DNA from: an archaeon | GTDB taxonomy: Archaea > Nanobdellota > Nanobdellia > Pacearchaeales > GW2011-AR1 | Direction: 5' to 3' | Length of the DNA: 35,409 nucleotides | NCBI GenBank assembly: GCA_025453475.1 | Contig: JALOQH010000001.1 | Span: forward strand, 1 to 35,409 | In this document: piece after piece, positions 1 through 7,950 of the stretch | Layout: every line of letters starts with the position of its first letter | How positions within the stretch are numbered: position 1 is the stretch's first letter | Made by a program: the position numbers and the translations under genes | Notes under the pieces: model-generated | Told to the model about the DNA's origin: nothing | Databases searched by the model: none | Seen by the model: the letters and a program-made list of their open reading frames with translations, nothing else

Positions 1-50
1 CTGAGGAGAACTTTTTCTATTTCAATCCTGCGCATTGGATTCTCGCTCAT
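1..50 (-). CDS. rpl5: 50S ribosomal protein uL5, N-terminal part (runs off window start)
   Basis: Manual translation MSENPMRRIEIEKVLL matches the archaeal uL5 N-terminus (NPMR..IEKV); ATGA overlap with the eS4 stop; expected operon position. Confidence 0.9.
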   Translation of the reverse strand, partial: MSENPMRRIEIEKVLL

Positions 51-673
51 CCTGCAATTACCTCGCTGCCAGGGATAGTGACTGCTGTCTCTTTTTCTTT
101 CAGTTTTATTTTAACCAATTTATCATTGACAGACTCTATCTTGCCCTCGTTGCCTGCATATTTCCCGGAGATGATGAAGCCATCCTTTCCCTTCTCCAGG
201 GCAATGTGCCTCTTTATTTTTCCGGAAAAATCAAGGAAAACCGAGTCTCCGATTGCTATTTTTTCTTTTGTAAGGACATTGGAACCGTCATGAAGATTCA
301 ATTGGACTGTATTTTTGGGGAGAGTTTTCCTGCCGACTACCTTGCATAATCTTACGTCATTATCTTTTGTCTCCTCAAAAGAGAATTTTTTAGTTGGAAG
401 AAGAATAAGTTTGTATGTCTTGTCTGCTTCGAGAAGATTAAACAATTTTATGCTCTCGTGATAGTCTTTGACAACACGGCCATTTACCTTTAGCATCTTA
501 TCGTTTATCATTTTCTTTACTTCGTGGGCATTTCTTGCGAGATGGAGTATGTCACGAACTGCGATTAGAACAGGAACTGCGCTTGAGAGACTGTCTGAAG
601 CTCTTGCTAGGTATTTTGTTCCTTTTCTTGGTATCGGAAATGCTGTGAGTGATTCCTGTCTTGTCTGATGCAT
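47..673 (-). CDS. rps4e: 30S ribosomal protein eS4 (S4e)
   Basis: PIPRKG, RDIL, VNGRVVKD, QLNLHDGSN, SGKYAG motifs; lies between uL24 and uL5. Confidence 0.95.
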   Translation of the reverse strand: MHQTRQESLTAFPIPRKGTKYLARASDSLSSAVPVLIAVRDILHLARNAHEVKKMINDKMLKVNGRVVKDYHESIKLFNLLEADKTYKLILLPTKKFSFEETKDNDVRLCKVVGRKTLPKNTVQLNLHDGSNVLTKEKIAIGDSVFLDFSGKIKRHIALEKGKDGFIISGKYAGNEGKIESVNDKLVKIKLKEKETAVTIPGSEVIAG

Positions 674-1090
674 TTATTTTTTCTCCTTGGTTTTTTCTGC
701 AGGCTGGGCGGCTTTGCGATTAAGTGCATTGACGCGCTCCTTGTCATCGAGATTTAAAATCTGAATCTGCAACGCCGACGGGTGGAAGAAGACATTTACT
801 TTTGAACCGTCTTTCTTTGTTCGTTGAATGCTTTCCAAGACGACGCGGGTGTTTTTCAAATCTACAGAACTGATTTTGGCTTTCGTTTTTCTAAACGAGC
901 CGCGCATAACAAGCACCTCATCCCCTTTCCTGAGGGGAAGACTTCTCTTGCCATACTTTTCTCTCAGGGATTTTGACAAATTAGCGCTTAAAAATCTATG
1001 CTTTGTGTGCAACGGAGCATTTGCCAGATATTTATGCTGTTTTCTCGGCTGTTTGCTGGATATCCATTGGGTTGAAAATTCCTGTTTCAT
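674..1090 (-). CDS. rpl24: 50S ribosomal protein uL24
   Basis: SKQPRKQ..NAPLH, LRKGDEVLVMRG (KOW), FFHPS motifs; GGAGGT SD 10 nt upstream of ATG. Confidence 0.97.
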   Translation of the reverse strand: MKQEFSTQWISSKQPRKQHKYLANAPLHTKHRFLSANLSKSLREKYGKRSLPLRKGDEVLVMRGSFRKTKAKISSVDLKNTRVVLESIQRTKKDGSKVNVFFHPSALQIQILNLDDKERVNALNRKAAQPAEKTKEKK

Positions 1091-1140
1091 GATAAAGACA
1101 ACCTCCAGTTTTCTTTATGAATCTTTCCTGTGAATGCCAT
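1087..1140 (-). CDS. Putative 17-aa mini-ORF MAFTGKIHKENWRLSLS bridging rpl14 and rpl24
   Basis: ATG 1 nt after the rpl14 TAA; its TGA overlaps the rpl24 ATG (ATGA). Read manually, below the ORF-track cutoff. Confidence 0.5.
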   Translation of the reverse strand: MAFTGKIHKENWRLSLS

Positions 1141-1141
1141 A

Positions 1142-1543
1142 TTATAAAACAAATTGCGCTATCTTTGCGACTTGCCCCCATCTTTCCTGAACTTCACGAG
1201 CAACAGGGCCTTTTACCTGGGTGCCCTTTGGATTTCCCTTGTCATCTTTTAACAAAGCAACTGCATTGTCTTCAAAGCATACTCTCTCGCCTGTAAGCCT
1301 TCTGTATGGCTTCTTCTGCCTTATTACCACTGCATCAAACACCTGCCCTTTCATATCTGGTTTTCCTGCGCGAACAGAAACCTTTACCCAGTCACCGACT
1401 TTTGCAGGCTGCTGCCTTCCCTTGGTTGTTTTTCCATGAACAACGCCTGTGATTCGGACAATTCTTGCTCCGCTGTTATCTGCTGCAAGAACCTTGCTTC
1501 CAATGTTAAGCCCTCGTGTTACGACTGCGGTTAGTGCTTTCAT
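1142..1543 (-). CDS. rpl14: 50S ribosomal protein uL14
   Basis: ADNSGA, AVVIRQKK, FEDNAV, GPVAREV motifs. Confidence 0.98.
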   Translation of the reverse strand: MKALTAVVTRGLNIGSKVLAADNSGARIVRITGVVHGKTTKGRQQPAKVGDWVKVSVRAGKPDMKGQVFDAVVIRQKKPYRRLTGERVCFEDNAVALLKDDKGNPKGTQVKGPVAREVQERWGQVAKIAQFVL

Positions 1544-1743
1544 TTTTGCCCTCCGTAATTTTGAGCAACTTTAACTGAAGGTTTGCTATCTGAACTTGAA
1601 CTGTAATGCTTGTAGATTGCAATTCCTGCTGCAATTGCGCCTGTTAACAATAATGCGCTTCCGGCTATTGCCCATGGCGCGATTCTCACAAATCCATCTG
1701 CCCGATCCATACTCTCATCTACAACGGCATTTTCCAATTTCAT
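1540..1743 (-). CDS. Small single-pass membrane protein (67 aa) inserted in the r-protein operon
   Basis: Start re-assigned to ATG 1743 (MKLENAV...), giving ATGA overlaps with both the rps17 stop and the rpl14 start; hydrophobic IAPWAIAGSALLLTGAIAAGIAIY followed by KHY. Confidence 0.7.
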   Translation of the reverse strand: MKLENAVVDESMDRADGFVRIAPWAIAGSALLLTGAIAAGIAIYKHYSSSSDSKPSVKVAQNYGGQK

Positions 1744-2066
1744 TTCTTCTTCTCCCTGGAAACTTTTCCAATTACTATAAAGTGGATTATCTTGCTGAGA
1801 GGGCGGCACTCCCTTATCTGAATATAATCTCCGATATTTATCTCGTTGGCCATTGAGTCTGGAAGTCGCGCGTGCAACCTTGTTTTTTTCTTGCAGAATC
1901 TTTCATATTTCTGAATAAATACTGTGCGCTCGAATTCGATTACAACTCTCTTTGGGAATTTCTTTGTTACAAACCCCTCAAATGTTCTTCCCCTCGCAGC
2001 CAGATTTAGAGCTCGTGCTGGGGCTGTTTTTGCTTCTTGCTTTTCTGTTTTCTGTTTCTTTGCCAT
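1740..2066 (-). CDS. rps17: 30S ribosomal protein uS17
   Basis: RGRTFEG.V, KYER, GDYIQIRECRPLSK..HF motifs. Confidence 0.97.
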   Translation of the reverse strand: MAKKQKTEKQEAKTAPARALNLAARGRTFEGFVTKKFPKRVVIEFERTVFIQKYERFCKKKTRLHARLPDSMANEINIGDYIQIRECRPLSKIIHFIVIGKVSREKKK

Positions 2067-2084
2067 TTTGCTTTTCCTTTGTGA

Positions 2085-2390
2085 TTAGTCGCTTATTGAC
2101 TCTTCGGGGAAACCAAGCTTCACGAGGATTGGCTTGACCTGCTTCTTGTGGTTGCCCTGAAGCTCGATGATGCCGTCCTTGACGGTTCCACCGCAGGCAA
2201 GCACTTCCTTGAGGTGCTTTGCTGTTCCTTTGATGTCAAAGTTCTTGTCGAACCCTGCCACCAACGTGGTTAGTTTCCCGTATCGTCTAGCAACCGTTGT
2301 CACGGTTATCTTTTGCTCGGTTTTCGCGATTTCCTCGAAAACCGAAGCTTCGTTCGGCAAGCCGAATGATGATACGTCTTCTATCTTCAT
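2085..2390 (-). CDS. sui1: Translation initiation factor aIF1/SUI1
   Basis: RRYGK..T, LACGGTVKDG.IELQGNH; canonical position after uL29. Confidence 0.95.
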   Translation of the reverse strand: MKIEDVSSFGLPNEASVFEEIAKTEQKITVTTVARRYGKLTTLVAGFDKNFDIKGTAKHLKEVLACGGTVKDGIIELQGNHKKQVKPILVKLGFPEESISD

Positions 2391-2392
2391 AT

Positions 2393-2593
2393 TTACTTGT
2401 TCTTCAGCTCCTCCTTAGCGGATTTGCTGACTGTTATAAGGCGAGCTAGTGTCCTTTTAATCTCTTTGGTTTTAGCTGTTGCCTTGTTTGCGGTAACGCC
2501 TGCGCGCACAAGCTGCATTCTTAATTCTGCGATTTTGCCGTCAATGTCCTTGCTGTTCATTTTCTTAATATCCTTGATTTTTAAGATTGCCAT
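2393..2593 (-). CDS. rpl29: 50S ribosomal protein uL29
   Basis: MAILK..DI, EIKRTLARLIT; operon position. Confidence 0.93.
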   Translation of the reverse strand: MAILKIKDIKKMNSKDIDGKIAELRMQLVRAGVTANKATAKTKEIKRTLARLITVSKSAKEELKNK

Positions 2594-3309
2594 TATTCCT
2601 TAGCCTCCTTTGCTTTCCTTTTTGAAACTTTTTTCTTCGGCTTTCTCTCTTCTGCCTTTTTTTCTGCTTCTTTCTCTATCTCTGCCAGGTCTGCCAGAAT
2701 AATCTGCTTCTTCATTTCCTCAGTTACATGTATCCTGTCATGAATCGGCGCATCTGGAGGCAGTATGCTTACTTTTATTCCGATAACTCCTGGAAGGGTT
2801 ATTGCCTGGGACATTGCCCTGTTTACCACCTTGGAAGGATCGCCGGTCTTGTTGAGATATCCCTGCGAGAATCTCCAGGACTTTGCTCTTTCAGAAGGAA
2901 GTTTTCCTGAGAGAACAAGCTCTGTTCCTCTTGCGCCTGCACCCATTATCTGCTTAATCATCTTGTATGCAATAATCTTGAATTTTAATGAACCCTGGCG
3001 CTCCAAAAGCAGTGCAATTTCATCTGCGACAAGCTGTGCATCAAGATACGGACTTGTTATTTCTTTTATCTCGATATGAGGATTATCCAGCTTGAATCTC
3101 TTTTTCAAGACGCGGGTAAGCTCGTCAATCTTCTCGCCTTTCTTTCCGATTACTATTCCCGGGCGGTTTGTAGCGATGATTATTTTCTCTCCAACAGGAG
3201 TGTATTCAATAAACACATCAGAGATTCTTCCTTTTCCAAGAGCATTTTTGATGTATTCCCTGACACCAAGCTCTTCTTTCTTAAAGTTTACAAATTTTTT
3301 CTCTTCCAT
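2593..3309 (-). CDS. rps3: 30S ribosomal protein uS3
   Basis: KH motif RPGIVIGKKG, LDAQLVA, GARGTE...SGKL, GVIGIKV. Confidence 0.97.
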   Translation of the reverse strand: MEEKKFVNFKKEELGVREYIKNALGKGRISDVFIEYTPVGEKIIIATNRPGIVIGKKGEKIDELTRVLKKRFKLDNPHIEIKEITSPYLDAQLVADEIALLLERQGSLKFKIIAYKMIKQIMGAGARGTELVLSGKLPSERAKSWRFSQGYLNKTGDPSKVVNRAMSQAITLPGVIGIKVSILPPDAPIHDRIHVTEEMKKQIILADLAEIEKEAEKKAEERKPKKKVSKRKAKEAKE

Positions 3310-3310
3310 G

Positions 3311-3817
3311 TTACTTCTTTGCCTCCGTTGGCTTTAGTTCGTTTGCTTTTATGATTATATTTGCCCTCTTGAACCTTCCGCCTCCGCGCTTTGAAGGAAG
3401 CGAAGCAAAGCTTGATGATGCGTGGCTTATTCTCGTGTTGTCCAGGTCCATGCCGTTTGCGATGGCATTGCCTTTCAATCCCTTAAGAATGTTTACTATC
3501 GCTTTTGAAGCATTCTGGGGATATCTCCCAGCCATTATGCCTGGCTGTGAACGGTGAGGGTATTCTCCAGTCATTGGAACAGCTCTCCGGTATTTCAGGA
3601 CATCCTGCAAATCATTAATTGCCGTGTCTATGGTCTTGCCTTTTATGAATTTTGAGATATATTTGCCCTGCTTCATCGAGATGTGGAGATTGTTTCCAAG
3701 AGCTATTGCTTCTTCTTTCTTCACCTTTGCAGGCTTCTCTGCCTTTTTATCTCCTGCCTTCTCAGTTTTTACTTCGTCCACTTTCTTATCTTCTGATTTT
3801 ATTTTTTGTTCTTCCAT
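3311..3817 (-). CDS. rpl22: 50S ribosomal protein uL22
   Basis: IS.K, AVP, GRYPQNAS, NA..NG.D motifs; K/E-rich N-terminal extension. Confidence 0.93.
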   Translation of the reverse strand: MEEQKIKSEDKKVDEVKTEKAGDKKAEKPAKVKKEEAIALGNNLHISMKQGKYISKFIKGKTIDTAINDLQDVLKYRRAVPMTGEYPHRSQPGIMAGRYPQNASKAIVNILKGLKGNAIANGMDLDNTRISHASSSFASLPSKRGGGRFKRANIIIKANELKPTEAKK

Positions 3818-3818
3818 T

Positions 3819-4226
3819 TTACTTCTTCTGCACTCCTGATGAACTCTTGGTTGAGCCTATTCCCGGCTCTCCGTGAGAGACTTTCTTTCTTGTGAGAGCG
3901 AATTCACCGAGGCGATGCCCAATCATCTTGTGATTTACGTGAACATCCTCAAAATCCTTGCCATTATGCACTCCGATGACCATGCCTACCAGCCTTGGAA
4001 CAATTACAATATCTCTAAGGTGCGTTCTTATTTTCTTTCTTTCTGAAAGAGCGCGCTCGCATCTCTTTACAAACTTTTCAATAACCTGGAAGTTTCTTAG
4101 AACCGAACGCCTGCTTCTTGAAGGAAGATATTTGGCACATTCTCTGACATCAAGGTTCTTCAGCTCTTCAACATTCTTTCCCCGATAGAAAAGCTCCTTT
4201 GACCTTACGATTATGTCTTCAGCCAT
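3819..4226 (-). CDS. rps19: 30S ribosomal protein uS19
   Basis: YRGK, RTHLRD, VHNGK, MIGHRLGEFALTR. Confidence 0.97.
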   Translation of the reverse strand: MAEDIIVRSKELFYRGKNVEELKNLDVRECAKYLPSRSRRSVLRNFQVIEKFVKRCERALSERKKIRTHLRDIVIVPRLVGMVIGVHNGKDFEDVHVNHKMIGHRLGEFALTRKKVSHGEPGIGSTKSSSGVQKK

Positions 4227-4924
4227 TACTTAGCCCTCCCTGTTCTTCTCGGCCTTATGTGGCCTACTCTCGCCCCTGGAGGAGCGTTCCTCTTGGCGAT
4301 CTTGGATTTGATTCTCTTGCCTCTGCCTGAACCAAATGGATGGTCAATGGCGTTCATCTTGACTGCTGATGTTCTAGGCCAGAGCTTGTTTCTGGTCTTC
4401 ATCTTGTAGAACTTCGCACCTGCTTTAAGGAATGGTTTCAAAACACGCCCTGCACCTGCAACAACGCCGATTGTTGCCCTGCAATATCCTGGAAGAACAA
4501 TCTCTTTCTTGTTCGGCATTAGAACCGAAACCTTATCATTATCGAGCTTCTTGTAGACAATTGCGCTTGTTCCGCTCGAGCGCATCATCTTGCCGCCGTC
4601 GCCTGGATGCGCCTCTATGTTGAATATTGATGTGCCGATTGGGATGTTGCGAATCTCCAGGATGTTCCCATCCTTGACAGTGCTTCCGCCTATGGCTATT
4701 TTTTCTCCGACAACTGCGCCGTTGAATGCTGGATTGTAGAATACTTCTTTTCCGGATTTTATCTTCAAAAGAGGGGCTGAATGCGCCGCAGAGTGTATTA
4801 AATCAAGCAGGACTGCCTCTCCCTCTGCTCGGGGATAGCCGATTCTGTAGATAAAGGCTTTCTTTCTAACCTGATAACTTAGGCTTCCGTGCCCTCTTGC
4901 CTGTGAGATTATTGATTTGCCCAT
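4226..4924 (-). CDS. rpl2: 50S ribosomal protein uL2
   Basis: MGK...QARG.G, PGDGGK, CRATIGVVAG.GR, WPR...MNAIDHPFG.G. Confidence 0.98.
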   Translation of the reverse strand: MGKSIISQARGHGSLSYQVRKKAFIYRIGYPRAEGEAVLLDLIHSAAHSAPLLKIKSGKEVFYNPAFNGAVVGEKIAIGGSTVKDGNILEIRNIPIGTSIFNIEAHPGDGGKMMRSSGTSAIVYKKLDNDKVSVLMPNKKEIVLPGYCRATIGVVAGAGRVLKPFLKAGAKFYKMKTRNKLWPRTSAVKMNAIDHPFGSGRGKRIKSKIAKRNAPPGARVGHIRPRRTGRAK

Positions 4925-4925
4925 T

Positions 4926-5168
4926 TTATATCATTCCCAGCTTTGTAGCAACGTCTATTGCCGGATTGGATTTAATTAACTTTACAAATGCGAATTTCTT
5001 GTTCGATTTTATTGAAGTTCTGACTTTTTCAACTTTTACCGAGAATACTTTTTCAATTTCCTTCTTCACATCTGTTTTTGTGGCGCGCCTTTCAACTTCA
5101 AATATCAGAGTGTTCTCCAAATCAATCAGCTTGACTGCTTTTTCAGAGGTTATTGGACGCAGGTTCAT
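4926..5168 (-). CDS. rpl23: 50S ribosomal protein uL23
   Basis: P..SEKA...ENTLIF.V...ATK, KKFAFVKL; start moved to ATG 5168, which has GGAGGT 7 nt upstream. Confidence 0.95.
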   Translation of the reverse strand: MNLRPITSEKAVKLIDLENTLIFEVERRATKTDVKKEIEKVFSVKVEKVRTSIKSNKKFAFVKLIKSNPAIDVATKLGMI

Positions 5169-5215
5169 TCTACAAACCTCCAGCGGGTTCCTAGGAGCTC
5201 CAGCAACCACGTCAT
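5165..5215 (-). CDS. Putative 16-aa mini-ORF MTWLLELLGTRWRFVE bridging rpl4 and rpl23
   Basis: ATGA overlap with the rpl4 stop and ATGA overlap with the rpl23 start; GGAGG SD inside the rpl4 3' end upstream of its ATG. Confidence 0.55.
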   Translation of the reverse strand: MTWLLELLGTRWRFVE

Positions 5216-5985
5216 TGTTTCTTCTCCTCCGAAGTTAATTCATCCAGGGCTTTCTTTGTATAGAGGGTTAATCTTCCCAAAGGATACAAATCAGAAATCA
5301 TTACCTCGCCAACTTTTCTGACTTCGATTCCCGGGAATTTGGCATTCTCGTCTTTCCCAATTACCACAAGAAGCCCTGCATTGGACTTGTATTTTCTTCC
5401 CCTTATCTTTCCCTTGCCGGCCCGGACATTCTTGTCCTTTAGAACAAGAGAGATTGTTTCTCCAAATATCTTTTTCAATGAGGCGAGAATTTCCCCTGCT
5501 TTTGAAGGAAGCGATTCTATCACAAAAGGAGCGGAGATTTCCTTCATCGATGAATATCTTCCGAGAACAAAATTCTTATTCGCGGTTGCCGCGAATGCAG
5601 AATTCATGGCAAGAGTTATCTCTTTCTTGTTTAGTTTCTTCGGAGTTTTAACGCCTTTTGGAGGGTGAGCGCGCCTGCCGCCTCTTGCTGCTGAGACCTC
5701 TGCGCCTATCCAATAGAATTGTGTTCCGCGTCGCCACATTATCTTTCTGGGCATTCTTGAGATACCTTTTCCGTACTGCGCTTTCCATTTATGTCTTCTG
5801 TGGCTGATTATTCCTGATGCAACATGCCTCTTTCCCGCTTCAACATATGAAGCATAGGGTTGGGTTTCTTTCTCTACTTCAAAGAATTTGGCTGCAATAT
5901 CCTCCCTGATTTCTGAATTGAACAACTGGGGCAATTCTATGTCTGACTTCTTGTTTCCTTTTAGGTCATATAATGCTGCTTTCAT
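5212..5985 (-). CDS. rpl4: 50S ribosomal protein uL4
   Basis: ELPQLF...IREDI, GGRRAHPP, RAGKGK.RGRKY, GRLTLYT. Confidence 0.97.
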   Translation of the reverse strand: MKAALYDLKGNKKSDIELPQLFNSEIREDIAAKFFEVEKETQPYASYVEAGKRHVASGIISHRRHKWKAQYGKGISRMPRKIMWRRGTQFYWIGAEVSAARGGRRAHPPKGVKTPKKLNKKEITLAMNSAFAATANKNFVLGRYSSMKEISAPFVIESLPSKAGEILASLKKIFGETISLVLKDKNVRAGKGKIRGRKYKSNAGLLVVIGKDENAKFPGIEVRKVGEVMISDLYPLGRLTLYTKKALDELTSEEKKQ

Positions 5986-6932
5986 GCTGATAACTCCAGG
6001 AACTCATATTTCCTTTTTGCGAGCGATTTTGTCGGGCGGAAAGACGGCGTTAGCAAAACAGCCCTTTTCTGCGGACCCTGAACACTGCCTACAAGAATAA
6101 GATAGTTGGACTTTATGACGCCGTAGTGCTTGAATCCGCCTTTTTTGTTGATGTCTTTCTCAGCGATTGAACCAGAAGCGATAAGCTTGGAGTTATATTG
6201 GACTCTTGTGAACATGCCCAGCTGTCCTGCCTGCGCGACACGGAATGATGTGTGGGCAGGATGCCATGGTCCAAGTGTTCCAGGTCTGCGGACACCCTTC
6301 TCTGCCTTGTGAGACCTCTTGGAAATCCCCATTCTTTTCATTGGACCAACAAGCCCCTTGCCTTTTGTTAATCCGCGAACATCGAGGAGTGTGAATTTTA
6401 CAAAATCCTTCATTGAAATTTCTTTTCCTAGAAGAGATTTTATGAATGCGAGCTTGTCCTTTGCGTCTATTCCCATTTCGATCATGTCCGGAGTTTTCTT
6501 GATGTTTGTCTGGGAAGGCATTGAATAAACTATTACCCTGATGTCGTCAAAATCTTTTGGAGCTTCTGCATCGAAATTCTTTGCAGTTTTTGGAATCCCG
6601 ACAATCCTCTTAAGTTCCTTGTCAGCTGAGACAATAACATCTTTTCTGACAATTCCGTTTTTGTAGAATCTTACAGAATATATTTTCATATTCGGCGCTT
6701 CAAGAATTGTTACCGGAATGTAAACTTTCTTGCCCAGAACCATTGATTTATCTGTTGAATCTTTAATAAGGGCTGTTCCCATGCCCACCTTATAAGCCAA
6801 AAAACCGAGAATAGAATCGCTCTTGCCGTCGCCTTTGACAACCTTCCAGTTTACACTAGGAACTAGCTTCTCTGCCCTCTTTCGAGGCCAGAATTGAAGG
6901 CTTCCGAATCTTGGTCTTGTACCGCCTGCCAT
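5982..6932 (-). CDS. rpl3: 50S ribosomal protein uL3
   Basis: PR.GSLQFWPRKRA, YKVGM, PVTILE, TKGKG..G, LGPWHP, GGFKHYG, GSVQGP. Confidence 0.98.
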   Translation of the reverse strand: MAGGTRPRFGSLQFWPRKRAEKLVPSVNWKVVKGDGKSDSILGFLAYKVGMGTALIKDSTDKSMVLGKKVYIPVTILEAPNMKIYSVRFYKNGIVRKDVIVSADKELKRIVGIPKTAKNFDAEAPKDFDDIRVIVYSMPSQTNIKKTPDMIEMGIDAKDKLAFIKSLLGKEISMKDFVKFTLLDVRGLTKGKGLVGPMKRMGISKRSHKAEKGVRRPGTLGPWHPAHTSFRVAQAGQLGMFTRVQYNSKLIASGSIAEKDINKKGGFKHYGVIKSNYLILVGSVQGPQKRAVLLTPSFRPTKSLAKRKYEFLELSA

Positions 6933-7025
6933 TTTGTGTTTGTGTTATTTAAGTTACAATTTTACAATTGTTAGTTTAAATGTAAAAATAGGCTCAACTC
7001 AACCCATGTGACCTCAACTAGTAGT

Positions 7026-7056
7026 GCGTTTTTTCCCGTTATCAGCGGTAAAACGC
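7026..7056 (-). promoter_or_regulatory. Hairpin in the long 5' leader of the rpl3 operon
   Basis: On the minus strand GCGUUUU-A-CCGCU-GAU-AACGG-GAA-AAAACGC; 7-bp outer stem plus imperfect inner stem. Confidence 0.45.
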
Positions 7057-7100
7057 TCTCGTGCATTCAATTAGATTCTAGTAATCCATCAAAATGGGGC

Positions 7101-7108
7101 TATATAAA
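7101..7108 (-). promoter_or_regulatory. TATA box for the ribosomal protein operon
   Basis: TTTATATA on the minus strand in the 200-nt pcn-rpl3 gap. Confidence 0.6.
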
Positions 7109-7132
7109 GATTACTACGGAGAACTGGGGGGT

Positions 7133-7867
7133 TTATTCCTGGTCGACTCTTTGCCTTGGGGCAAGAATAAAGCTTAGAATGACATTTCCTGTCGGGAAAT
7201 TAATCCTCATTGGATGGTCGTCGGAGAAATTGATTACTGTTTGGGATGAGATTTTGGCGCCTTTCACAAACTTCTGCAAGTACTCGAGGGAGAATCTTGC
7301 TGTGCTGTTGCCTGAATGGATTTCAATTTCTTCTGAGGAGAATTCGGCGCGGGCAGAGTTTAATGGGCCTGCTGCTTCAATCACGAATTTTGAGGGCTCT
7401 GCAACAAAGGTGCAGGCATCTGAGACAATCGAGCAGTCTTCAATAACTTCTGTAAATGCCTCTGAATCGATTTTGATGACAGAATTAAACTCCCATGTCG
7501 GCATTTCCTTCTCTTCGGCATCTATGTCAATCAGAGCGAGCGTGAAATCCCTCTTAACGCGGTCGTGAATGCTGAGTTTTATAGTATTGTCTGCCTTGGA
7601 AAGCAGAAGAGCGCTTCCTGGCTGGCATCTTCTGAGAACAGCCTTGAGATTCTCAAGATTCAATCCGAGAACCTCCTCAGTTTCCAGCTCATATTGCGAG
7701 AATAAATCCGCAGGTATCTTGAAGTAGACCATTGCGACATTAGCGGGGTCTATGGCTGTAAGAGATATGCCCTCTTTTGTTATTTTTAATTTAACCTCCG
7801 TAACGAGCTCTGAGATAATTGATATGATATCTGAGAGCAGTTTCGGATTATCCAACTTTAACTGCAT
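7133..7867 (-). CDS. pcn: DNA sliding clamp PCNA
   Basis: AIDPANVAMV, LGLNL..L, ARFSLEYL, DHPMR, FILAPR; 244 aa. Confidence 0.97.
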   Translation of the reverse strand: MQLKLDNPKLLSDIISIISELVTEVKLKITKEGISLTAIDPANVAMVYFKIPADLFSQYELETEEVLGLNLENLKAVLRRCQPGSALLLSKADNTIKLSIHDRVKRDFTLALIDIDAEEKEMPTWEFNSVIKIDSEAFTEVIEDCSIVSDACTFVAEPSKFVIEAAGPLNSARAEFSSEEIEIHSGNSTARFSLEYLQKFVKGAKISSQTVINFSDDHPMRINFPTGNVILSFILAPRQRVDQE

Positions 7868-7950
7868 GGATTAATTGGCAGATTTAAGCTTTTAAGTATT
7901 GTTGTATTCAAAACAATAATAATTATAATGCGCACTTGTTTGAGAGATGC

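Noticed and set aside
6933..7132. tRNA or CRISPR array in the longest intergenic gap
   Set aside because: No cloverleaf or T-loop consensus and no regularly spaced repeats, here or elsewhere in the window.
35..7568. Numerous + strand ORFs opposite the ribosomal genes and PCNA (e.g. 7008-7568, 5339-5668)
   Set aside because: Antisense shadows of well-supported genes; F/S/L-rich composition mirrors K/E-rich sense codons; no motifs.
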